Assembly: GCA_964016885.1 (NCBI GenBank)
Contig: OZ024751.1
Location: forward strand, 16,864,001 to 16,928,000
Reading direction: 5' to 3'
Origin: Eledone cirrhosa
Lineage: Eukaryota
Length of the DNA: 64,000 nucleotides
A program made the position numbers and the translations under genes. Below the pieces are notes generated by a model. That model searched no databases, was not told the origin of the DNA, and worked only from the letters and a program-made list of their open reading frames with translations. Of the stretch, positions 1 to 10,670 are shown piece by piece. Every line of letters begins with the position of its first letter. Within the stretch, counting starts at the first letter, position 1.

Positions 1-164
1 GTTCAAAATTCATGTAAAAATGAATACTTTAGAGTGAACTGTCACACATGTTAGCCAATTCTGAAATTCTTCTTAAAAAATATGCTATACATACATACAT
101 ACTGCACATATATACACACACACACACGCACACGCTATATATATATATATATATGTGCGTGTGT

Positions 165-464
165 CTGTATGTTTATTTAAAAACATTTTGAAGGGTATTC
201 GCTATGAATTTTACAGAATATTACTAACGTCACATACTTAGTCTCGGTAAAAGCAAAGCCGAGTAATCGGCGGTCGTACCGTTTCTCACTTGTTGTCATG
301 GTTGTCAAGACTACATACCCCCTTTCCTGCTTGTGCAGAGAGTTATAAAAGCTGGACTCTTAGAGAATTCCAGTTATGTTTATGAGCTGTTTAAATAGAC
401 CGGTGGCCGGCCCGGCGAACAATAGAAATTAGTATTGATGTTCTGAAATAGCGATGTATATATG
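165..464 (-). mobile_element. Diverged monomer of the 310-bp hammerhead repeat family (retrozyme/Penelope-pLTR-like), core mutated
   Basis: Reverse complement is colinear with the 49589-50455 unit (atcgctatttcaga...gtagtc...gattac...tgctttta(c/t)cgaga...cttcaaaatgttt...taaacatac). The hammerhead-equivalent at 263-314 reads GTAGTC-TTGACAA-...-GAAA-CGGT acg ACCG-CC-GATTAC. Confidence 0.75.
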
Positions 465-474
465 AACGACCAGC

Positions 475-549
475 TATGTGACGTTAGTCACTACTTTAAA
501 ATTGATAGGGAGTAGCCTTCAAAATATTTTAAAATAAACATACAGTATA
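475..549 (+). mobile_element. Inverted partial copy of the same family's 3' part
   Basis: atgtgacgttagt...ccttcaaaatattttaaaataaacatacag mirrors 165-240 in the opposite orientation. Confidence 0.65.
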
Positions 550-550
550 G

Positions 551-735
551 CTGGATTGGCAGTATCGGTAGAGAGACGGACGCCATGCTTTGACGCATAG
601 AGTTACGGCCCTTGCCATTCTGAGTTCAAATCCCGCCGAGGTTAACTTTGCCTTTCATCCTTACGGGTTGGATAAAATAAAGTATCAGTAATGCACTGGG
701 TAATTGCTGGCCTTGTGCCAAAAGTAGAAACTATT
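551..735 (+). mobile_element. tRNA-derived SINE (Nin/Deu-like domain)
   Basis: A-box-like tggcagtatcgg, B box gagttcaaatccc, central ctttgcctttcatcc...gataaaataaagta, 3' ggccttgtgccaaaagtagaaac. Confidence 0.9.
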
Positions 736-915
736 ATCTAATATGTTATACGTACATTCATATATACATCTCACCATTATTTAGATGGGCAGATTTTTAA
801 CCGAGATACAATGGAATTCAGAAATGAAGGATATAATGCGATATATCTGGTTACATGTGGATTTTGTTGTCATTGGATGTAAGGGTCTGTCAGTTTTGAT
901 TCATATACATGCTCG

Positions 916-953
<38 letters not shown>

Positions 954-1032
954 TATATATGACACACACAAAAACAAGATGGCGTAGGACAGAACAAAGG
1001 AGAGGCACAAAAAACAAAGAAAAGAATCGCCA

Positions 1033-1075
1033 GTCACTGAAGAGGTCACATAATGTGTGACGAAAGAACTTTGAC
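1033..1075 (+). ncRNA. Candidate minimal type I hammerhead ribozyme (third family)
   Basis: GTCA-CTGAAGA-g-GTCACAT aat GTGTGAC-GAAA-gaac-TT-TGAC: 4-bp helix I, 7-bp helix II, imperfect helix III palindrome. Confidence 0.45.
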
Positions 1076-1287
1076 AATATATAAACAACCATCTGGTTGT
1101 GGAACCAACCAACCAACCAACCGGAAATTTATAAATTCCTAAATTTATAAATTTATTATAATAAATTGAAGTGAAAGCACCTGGTGCGTGTGTTTCTTAT
1201 TGGCAACATGACCCTCCCAAAGTATAACAATATCGGTTTCAACACACGTTTTCAGATAAAGAATCTTGCTAAACAAATTCAGAAACG

Positions 1288-1322
<35 letters not shown>

Positions 1323-1610
1323 CATGAACATATGTCTATATACATATATATGTATACTAATGCCCCCCCCCCCCCCCCCTCTCTCTCTCTATCTCTCTCT
1401 CTCTATCTCTCTCTCTCTCTGTGTAGAGAGAGAGATGGTTTTAATAGAAATCATCATTTTTAAAGAAATATCAGAATGCTAATACAGGATAATATAAAAT
1501 ATTAAATTACAAATAGTTTTACTTCAAACGAAAAACGTTTGAAATGTGCTGGCAACTGAGACATTTTTCTCTCTAAATACATAAATTGTATATAGTATAC
1601 TGTAATATCA

Positions 1611-1760
1611 GGCGGTGAATTGGCGGAGTCTTTACATCGTCGGAGAGAATGCGTTGTATCATCCATGACGGCTCCCCAAGATGAAGTCCCGCTGAAGTCA
1701 ACTATGCTTTTCACCCATTCAAGGGCGATAAATAAGAACAAATGTAGTACTGGGATCGAT
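1611..1760 (+). mobile_element. Degenerate tRNA-SINE copy
   Basis: ggcggtgaattggcgga head and gtcaactatgcttttcaccc...gataaataag...tactgggatcgat body. Confidence 0.6.
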
Positions 1761-3165
1761 TCTTTCTCTATATCTCTTTCTCAATTATATTCTCGCTCTC
1801 TCACTGTCCTCCTCTGCTAGAAATCTTTTGCATTCCGACATGGAGAAGATTGAGCTCCGTCAGGATTAAAATTGCCCTAGAAATGTTGATCTCACAGAAA
1901 ATGGATTAATGAGAATGATAATGGTATCAATAAATGTGAAGAGAGGCTTCAGCAAGAACAAACATATCAAGTTTTCATATTAGCATGCCACCATCATCCT
2001 TCAATATGTCATTTACAACCTATTCCAAATTCACACATTAATCCACATTGCTTGAGGGTATAAACACCTTATAAGAATACGTAACCCCCGGGAGTTACGG
2101 GGCTATGCATGCATACAACGATACATTACCTAGTTTGCAGTAGTTTGTAATAACAAGCTCGGCATGAATGAACAGGAAGAGGGTAGTGGATTGACAGCAA
2201 AGTTAAAGCGTCGGTCAAAATGTTTTGCAGCATATTTTCCGACTCTTTCCTTTATTTCAACTTTGCATTTTGTCATACTTTGTTCGAAGAAAAACAATTA
2301 TTTATGCAATGGGTTGATATAATAGAGTTTTGGAAGGAAAGTACCATTTTCTATCGGTGTTGAGGGAAAAAGAATGTTATGTGTTGCCAGTCTTAAATAC
2401 ATTCTCGTATCTCTGACAATAATTAACAAACATATAATACTGAAATACATAGCATACATATATATCTATATAGAAACATACATACATAGATATATGCATA
2501 GATAGTTATGCATAGATGTATACATGGGCAGAATTATACATGCATAGTTGCATACATGCAAACATACATGATGATTGCAAATATGCAAATATACATGGAC
2601 GAATGGATAGATTTATAGATAAATACATACACACGTGAATAGACAGATTCCCTGATAGATAAAAACATACTCACATATATTACCTGTCCTACAAAATGCG
2701 AATGTGTTCATTTGTCCTGTATTAACTATTTATCAAAATAAAAATGAATTGTTTTACCGTAAAACTAAAGCTACATTACATCAATATTAAATATTACAAG
2801 CTAAACTTTAAAAAATCAAAAACAAAATGGCTTCTGTATTTTTAATGATCCGCAAACATTGAGGTTTCAAAGATATCAGACAGAAGGTCTCATCATACGG
2901 TTGAAAACACAAGATTTTAAAGATTATATTTTAATCAGTAATATAATCGCGTGCGTCAATGATTAATGTTATAAATGTAAATTTGGAATCTGGATATAGA
3001 AATTACTATAATTGACAATATTAAAATCACTTTTTCTCAACAATACTAAATAAATAATCATCTCTTTCTACCGGCTGACCGTCCATAAAAGTACATATAG
3101 CTTAGTTTTTTGCTCTAGGCGATTGCATTAAATCTGTTATGTTTACATTTATTATTTTAACAATT

Positions 3166-3745
3166 AAGGGCGGTGGATTGGCAGTATCGGTTGAGCATCA
3201 GACACCATGCTTTGCAGCATAGTTAGGGTCTTTTACGTTTTGAGTTCAAATCCCGCCGATGTTAACTTTGCCTTTCATTCTTAAGGGTCGATAAAATTAA
3301 GCACAATTAATGCGGTAATTGCTGGCCTTGTGCCAAAAGTAGAAACAATTATTTTAAGGTATCAAGTCGTTTGAATTCTTATTATACGTTGTTCCGTTTC
3401 TTTACGTTCGGAGTTCATGCTTAACGGCATATAGTCAGGGTCGATAAAATAAAGCACCAGCAATGCACGCACTGGGGTCGATTTAATTTACTTGCCTCTG
3501 ATCCCCAAAATTCTTGGCATTGTGCCTAAATCATAAACGATTATTTTAACTCTTATTAAGGTGGTGAATTGGCAGTCCTTCGTTTTTGTTCCACATCTTT
3601 ACGTTCTCAGTTCAAGTCCCACCGTGGTCAACTTTATATTTCATATTTTTCTGGTCGTTAAAATAAAGTAGTAGTACTGGGGGTTCAAAATAATCGAATT
3701 ACCTTTTCCTCCCGAGATTGTTGGCCTTATGCCAACATATTTTAA
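3166..3745 (+). mobile_element. Three head-to-tail tRNA-SINE copies
   Basis: Copies at about 3166-3352, 3355-3545 and 3557-3745 with B box and ggccttgtgcc-type 3' ends. Confidence 0.8.
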
Positions 3746-3759
3746 CTGTTAGTATGCCA

Positions 3760-3985
3760 ATCGTTTCTGAATTTGGCACCCGGCCAATAATTTAACGGGA
3801 AGGGTGGAATGTCAATGAAATCGACCCTAATGCGTTACTGGCGCTTTATTCTATCGAACCCGTATGGATGAAATGCAAAGCTAACCTCGGCGGGATTAGA
3901 AAACATACTGTTGATAGCTGTAATGATAAGCCTCAATGCATGTTGCCCGGCGCTCTTCTGATACTGTCCACCCACCTCCCTTAAA
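3760..3985 (-). mobile_element. tRNA-SINE copy
   Basis: Reverse complement of the SINE consensus (ggatgaaatgcaaagctaacctcggcgggatt). Confidence 0.75.
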
Positions 3986-5152
3986 ATAAATAAAATAATA
4001 CAATAAGATAAATCTTGCTCACCAATTGTTTTAATTTATACAGGTTTTTCCTCGTCAAAACACAAATTCATGAAAATGTACATGGATATTGTTCACGAGT
4101 GTATCATACGACTTCGCCCCGACATATTTGGTTCTTCGGTTCATTTGATTGATCAATACATTCACCCTAAATGAAACAGGCAGACACAAAGGTCAACAGA
4201 CACTGAGTTCTGTAAAGAAAGGTTAGTCTTTTTGTCTATTTATTAAATATTATTTTCAGCGTTGTATATATTTATTTTCTCTTACATACTGGCGAACAAT
4301 GATGGAATCATAGTGTTTATTAACTATTCTGTTCAGCGTTATATATATTTACTTATTTTCTCTTACATACCTGCGAACAATGAAGTATTCCATGTGGGAT
4401 ACATATACATCGTTCAGGGATCCCTGGTCTAAACACTGGATCCTAAACTCCATCTCGATTTGAAGACCAACGTTTGATTGGAAGTGTTTTCTTTATATGC
4501 TGAAAATGCTGCATTTATAGTAAAAACTAAACTAGGATAGTTAATGTCCATATTTCTATATCTATTTTACGATAGATTGTTCTACAGAAATCAAGGGAAT
4601 AAGAGAAAAATATAACTTGTGTTAACGACAGATCCTATACCAATGCAGATCTAAATGAATTGCATCTCTTAAAAATAAAAAAAACAAAATATTGCTCGAC
4701 AGTGAGGCTTACTCAGAGAAATGTAAAGCCATAAGTAGGTAAACCTATTTTAAACGCAACCCGATTAGACATACAGGCACCAAACCTGACACTATACGAA
4801 ATACTATTATATAACAATGGCTGCAAAATAAAAGATCAATGAATAACGATTTTAAATGATAGATATCAGCGATCTTGGGAGAATTATGAATTGATTGTTA
4901 GTTTCTTTGTATGTCAATTGTCATATCAACATTTTGAATCGTCGAAGCTATCTTTTGTTGTTTCTCATTATGACCGTGTCTTACTTCATGCATAGTCGTC
5001 TACGTTTCAAAAGCATTTAAATGGATCACACTCATTTCATTGTCTCTTTTGTATTAATCATAAGCTGAAATTAATCAATACTGAAATTTCGACCAGTTGA
5101 TCGTCTCAATTGATCTATGAAAGCGTATCTGTTTTGTCATCATTATCATCTT

Positions 5153-5330
5153 CAGTATCGGTAGAGGGTCGGACGCCATGCTTTCTAGCATAGTTACGTC
5201 CCTTTACGATCTGAGTTCAAATCCCGCCGAGGTTGACTTTGCCTTTCATCCTTACGGGGTCGATAAAATAAAGTACCAGTGAGGCACTGGATAGTTGCTG
5301 GCCTTGTGCCTAAAGTAGAAACAATTATCA
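5153..5330 (+). mobile_element. tRNA-SINE copy
   Basis: Near-consensus: cagtatcggtagagggtcggacgcc...gagttcaaatcccgccgagg...ggccttgtgcctaaagtagaaacaatt. Confidence 0.92.
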
Positions 5331-5334
5331 TCTT

Positions 5335-6060
5335 CTTATCCCATCCTCATATCTGACGGTTGGGTGCCATGGACCTATAGACCAGTACTCTTCATCTTTT
5401 CCTGTTTCTTGTCACTGCCGTAAATTTAGCCAATCTCCTTTTTGGACATTCTTTAATATCATCTGTCCATCTCCTTTTCTGCCGACCCCTGGCCCTATTT
5501 CCCTGTATTCGTCCCTCGGGGATGCGGGTAGTCCACTTCTGTGTCCTGATTACATAACCAAAATACTGAAGTTTCCTTTTCCTTACTGTTTCAACCAACT
5601 GTCCATTGGTACCAATCTTTTCCAGGACAGATTCATTTGTTCTGTGAGCTGTCCAGCTAATTCTAAGTGCAAGCCTTATAGCATGACATTTTAAATGCCC
5701 TCAGTCGTTTCAACTCGGATACCTTTATATGGTTGTGAGTCATGGATTGTAGAGTTACCGGCCACACAAATGTTTTGATTACTTTCATTTTGGTGGATAT
5801 TGTAGTAGCTCTATCCACCAAAGGGTGCAGAGTGTGCTCTGGACTGTTTTTTCAGTTGCTATTCTCGCCCTTATTTCCCAAATTCTCTCTCCCGTCTGCT
5901 TAAATATTGAACTAAGGTATTTGAACTTCTCGACTTGCTTAGGCCTGGCACCGTCTGTTCATTCCTTCCTTCTGTCCAGTTGCTGCCATTACTTTTGTCT
6001 TTTTAAGGTAGATCTCCAGACTATATTTCCTTGAAATTCTGTAAACTGGACTGACCATTC
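5335..6060 (-). mobile_element. RTE-clade LINE 3' fragment (decayed)
   Basis: ORF 5392-5598 VRKRKLQYFGYV...EGRIQGNRARGRQKRRWTDDIKE is the typical RTE C-terminus; upstream VEKFKYLSS-like RT thumb. Confidence 0.85.
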
Positions 6061-6184
6061 ACAAGACAAGTGCTCCTTAAACGTCATATCCCGGGAGATT
6101 AAACGTGACACAAGGGGTAACAAGAACAACCCTTTAAATTACAAGTTCTAATCATTTTTGTCAGCTGAACGGATTGGGTTTCAG

Positions 6185-6352
6185 CTGATGAGTGATTTGC
6201 AGACCTGCTTGGGCATGGCCAGTACTTTGCCACAGAGGTCCGTCATATCCTCAGGGCCACTCCAGACGAGGCAGTGTTCTCCTACGATGAATTCCCCGCT
6301 GCCAAGCCAATGTGTCTCGCATTGAAGCAACAAGAAATGAAATTTCATGTTA
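6185..6352 (-). mobile_element. LINE apurinic-endonuclease N-terminal fragment
   Basis: CETHWLGSGEFIVGEHCLVWSG matches the RTE APE motif (ETxWxGxGE...lxwSG). Confidence 0.65.
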
Positions 6353-6662
6353 AAGACATAAGGTGCCACCAGGAAAGGAATTCACAATTTTGCAATCGGT
6401 AGTTAATGAATGTACTAAGGATTTCAAATTATAACTCGACGTCCTGGATCTTTGAATTAACATATAGGAACAAATGAAAACCTTTTTTAATTTAGAAGGT
6501 TTCGTAGGAATGTTCGATATTAATATGATGGTTATACTGTATACAGAATAATGAATCACAAAATATGAGGTAAATTTAATGTAAGATATTTTCTGAATTA
6601 TGCTTCAAAAACTTGCTTAATAATGAGAAATTTAATTATATTAATTAATTATTCCCAATGTC

Positions 6663-6711
<49 letters not shown>

Positions 6712-8374
6712 AATGACAGATACATATGTGTATATACATATGTATCTTCAGGTTTGGATATAAGGGATCTGGGTCCAGCAATGTAGGACCGAACAGTGTG
6801 GAAAGGGATTGTCATGAGAGTTCCAACTGCCCACAGAGGATTCGAAGGATGATGATGATTTTTGCCTGGTTGCTTGTGTAAATGCTTTATATTCACACGC
6901 ACAGGATCTTTACTATCTCCATGATAAAACCAAGCAACAGGTCGTTGAACAGCTGTTGAAGTAAAACACTGAGTCAGTAGTAATTATTATAATAAGGCGA
7001 TTACTAATCAATATATACTAAGAGGATTGCTATTTATCATCGCAGCTGTGATGCCAAATTTGCTGAAGACAAAATTTAGTTTTGAGCACATTTTTGACTT
7101 TGAAAAATAGTTAATTACTGAACTGGAATCCATTTACGTTGATGGAGTCAGCCATCTAATGGAGAAATATTAAAGTTACTGAAAAGTCTTCAAATAACTA
7201 AATTCTAGTCTGCTAAACCAAATAGCTAATTATTCTTCTACCCAATTTTCATTACTCTAACTTCCATGATATATTCTATGTAAAAGAAACACGCACGCAC
7301 ACGCACGTGCGCGCTCGGAGAGTTAGCAGTGTAGTTAGACCATCGGATAAAATGCTTGCAGTATTGGTCTCGGATATCTTTACCCTGAGTTCAAAATCGC
7401 CGAGGTTGTAACTTTTTTTTTTAATCTTTAAGTGGTCGATGAATGAATTATCAGTCTAGTATTGGGTTCAATCTTTCCTCTTTATCTACATTTCCTTCTC
7501 CCATTCTCTCTTCTCACCAAACACTGACGTTTCTCTCAGCCTTTCTTTGTCATAAAGAAATCTGTTATGTTCACGTCGGGAGAGGAATTGGTTCTGTCAG
7601 ATTTAAATTACCCCAAAACCCAATTTCTAATATTCCATACCACACATGCAAAAGTAATCAGTATATCACATGCGTACCATACCCTTTTATGCAGATATAA
7701 ACATTCAAGTAAAACAGCAACAAAAAAAGATGTGTACAAGCGGCGGGGAAAAAGCAGTCGTTAGAAACTACGCTAAAATGCCTTGCGTTGGGTCTTACAG
7801 CTTCCCGTGTTCGAATATCGTCGAAGACTTTGCTTTCATTCTTTACACAATGCTGCTGTGGACTGGCGAAATCGTTGGCAGAGCAGAAGAAATATTTTGC
7901 GGTATTTGTTAATCCGCTTTCGTGCTTTGTATTCAAATCCTGTTGGGATTTATTTCGGTTGTTATATTTATATTATCCCCAGTCTTATCTCTACCACTGG
8001 GCATTTTCTTGCCTTGAGAACAGTCTAGTCTGTTGCAAATAATTGTCTAAAATAGTTAATTCTGTTTATTATATGTGTTAATAGAAAAAGAAAAAAATAG
8101 ATACAGAAGAAAGAATGGAATGTAAAATAAGAAAATTTAGAAAGGGAAAAGGAAGGGAAAGGCAAGGGATCTAGTGTCACACAAGACTGTGGAGAAGGAT
8201 TGGCTTGAGAATACATTTCTCCATCCACCTTCCCTTATCAGTCTTATAGTCTCCAAATAATCATAGACACTGCCTATCTCCCTCCATATATTTATAATTC
8301 GCACATTAAAATATATGGACATATTATTTTCTCAATCTTTGTGGTTTATTTTAGCCTCAGATAACTAGGTTAAT

Positions 8375-8550
8375 GATGATTTCTGATTTTGGCACACGGC
8401 CAGCAATTTAGGGCGTTGGGGAAGTCGATTAAATCGACACCAGTTCGTTACTGGTACATTATTTTATCGACCCCTTAAGGGTGAAGGACAAATCTGTAAA
8501 GGACCGTAACACAATGCTACAAAGCATGTTGTCCGACGCTCTACCGATAA
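8375..8550 (-). mobile_element. tRNA-SINE copy (internally deleted)
   Basis: ttggcacacggccagcaatt...gtcgattaaatcgac...ctggtac...tttatcgacccc is the reverse complement of the SINE body. Confidence 0.75.
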
Positions 8551-9177
8551 TAATAGTTGAACATTGGGGTAGTATATTGGACATATTAGTAGTGCAGCTG
8601 AAAAAAGGAATTGTTATATATAGTTATGAATTTCTAAGTTGTAATTTCAAATCCCGCCTTGGCCAACATTTCGTTTCATCCTTCTAGGTTCGTTAAAATA
8701 GACCAGGGGCGATATAAATGAGTTCTGCCTTTCCCACAAATTGTTGACATTCTGCCAATATTCCACTATCATACAGAATTGATAGCTGAACATCATAAGG
8801 TGGCTTTCCACTACTTGAACCAATACATTTTTGGCTACCTAAAACTAATATCATAACTAAACCGCACCTCCACTCCCTCGCCCCAAATAAAGATAAAATA
8901 AAATGAAAACCTAAAAAAATTCCATCGATCAATAGACTATAGAAGAATACACAGGACCTGGAATGTGATATAGATATCTCAGAAGTATATGTGGCACTCT
9001 GCAGCTAATTAACATAGTCCTAATTTTATCAAATACAAATCAAGCACTTCCAGGTCGGGCATTCATCAATAGACATTTTGTTTTATTTCTATCATTTTTT
9101 ATCAATCCATTTACAACACTCTAGCATAAAGTCTATGCCAATAAGTTAAGCGGGAGGTCCAATTTTTAACACCTACT

Positions 9178-9208
9178 TATCTATCTATTCATCTATCTAT
9201 CTATGTAA

Positions 9209-9260
<52 letters not shown>

Positions 9261-9766
9261 GTATGTATGTGTGTGTGTGTGTGTATATATATGTGTATGT
9301 ATGTATGTATATGTGTGTATGTATATGGGTATGTATGTATACGTGTGTTTGTATGTATATGTGTGTGTATGTATATATGTGTATGTATATATGTGTGTGT
9401 ATGTATATATGTGTATGTATATATATGTGTATGTATATATATATATATATATAAGCGTGTATGTATGTGTGTATGTATGTATATATGTATGTGTGTATGT
9501 ATGTATATATGTATGTGTGTGTGTATGTGTATATGTGTGTGTATATATACGTGTATATATATGTGTATGTATGTATATATGTGTGTATGTTTGTATATAT
9601 ATAGTTGTGTGTGTGTATATGAATATATATATGTACACACACACATACATACACATGAGCATTGTTGGCAAAGATGAAAGTGTAATACGTATTTACAGAC
9701 ACATATACATTCTTAGGACGCAACCAAATGTAATGCACACATTGATATCCACATATACATACGAGC

Positions 9767-9802
<36 letters not shown>
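9178..9802. repeat. Compound (TCTA)/(TG)/(TATG)/(TA) microsatellite
   Basis: Directly visible; explains the low-complexity ORFs. Confidence 0.95.
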
Positions 9803-9804
<2 letters not shown>

Positions 9805-10054
9805 CACTTTCTAGTGGTAAATAGAATCGATTCTTTGACATTTCGACATAAGTTATCTCTGAATGGGTCATCAGTTCTATTGAAATGGAATCGATAGGCA
9901 TTTTATTTTGTGTGAATGTGGCTAGTTGATATGTTACGAACCTAACATTTAATTCTGGAAAAAGAACACCTCTGGATGCTTGTGTAAATAACGTCATTGA
10001 TTCCAGGTGTAATATTTTCACCCTCTCATTTTAACACAGACACACAGGCAAGAA

Positions 10055-10670
10055 CATACGTACATGAAGGCTGCCCCCTCGTTATCGATTATGACCATTG
10101 CATGTTATACCATTATTAACAATTATTAATTAATTCTATCGTGCAATGCCTGTGCGTGAAGATATTTTTTTTAAGTGAGGAAAGACTGTGCACTGACCCC
10201 ATCCCACTCTCTGAGTGACAGTAGCTATAACCCGAAAAGAAGAAAAGATCAAGATCATCAGTAACTACTGACCCGCAGGTTTTATATCGGAGTTATCCCA
10301 GTTTCCCGAGTTGCCTTCTCCTAGAAGAATGCCCTGACAATGGCTAGGGGGTCCTTCACTACCAGCACGATCGGGTGTCCAGCTCGACTTTTTCTATGTC
10401 CCCGCGCATATACATACATATGCACCCATGTATATACACATATACATATACATACATATGTACATATTTACACACTCTTGGATGGCCGTTGACTCTTATG
10501 ATCTCTTCCGCCCTTTCTCAGGTTTTGTTTTTTGTCCTGTATAGTGTCCAAAGTCATCCTCCTCACCAAGTAAACTTGTTGGGTTTGCTGGTTTAGCCGC
10601 CGACGACCCGGCTATGCAACAGATTGTCCCGGGTTACATGTTATCAGTAGCACCCAAGAGTGACCCGACA
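10055..10670 (-). mobile_element. Bipartite non-autonomous RTE derivative (5' UTR fused to 3' terminus)
   Basis: Minus strand: RTE 5'UTR motif ctaggagaaggcaactc...taaaacctg, homologous to 17441-17733 and 37791-38160, joined to the 3' end tgcaatggtcataatcgataacgagggggcagcc+atgt tail. A microsatellite interrupts it at about 10410-10475. Confidence 0.75.

Noticed and set aside
5075-5130. Minus-strand hairpin followed by GAAATTTC (hammerhead remnant)
   Set aside because: No recognisable CTGANGA core.
6745-6955. Minus-strand exon or RhoGAP-like LFGPTLL motif
   Set aside because: The motif frame has several stops, and the open frame resembles no protein I recognise.
9835-9880. Minus-strand CTGATGA...GAAA hammerhead
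   Set aside because: Helix I and helix II do not pair convincingly.
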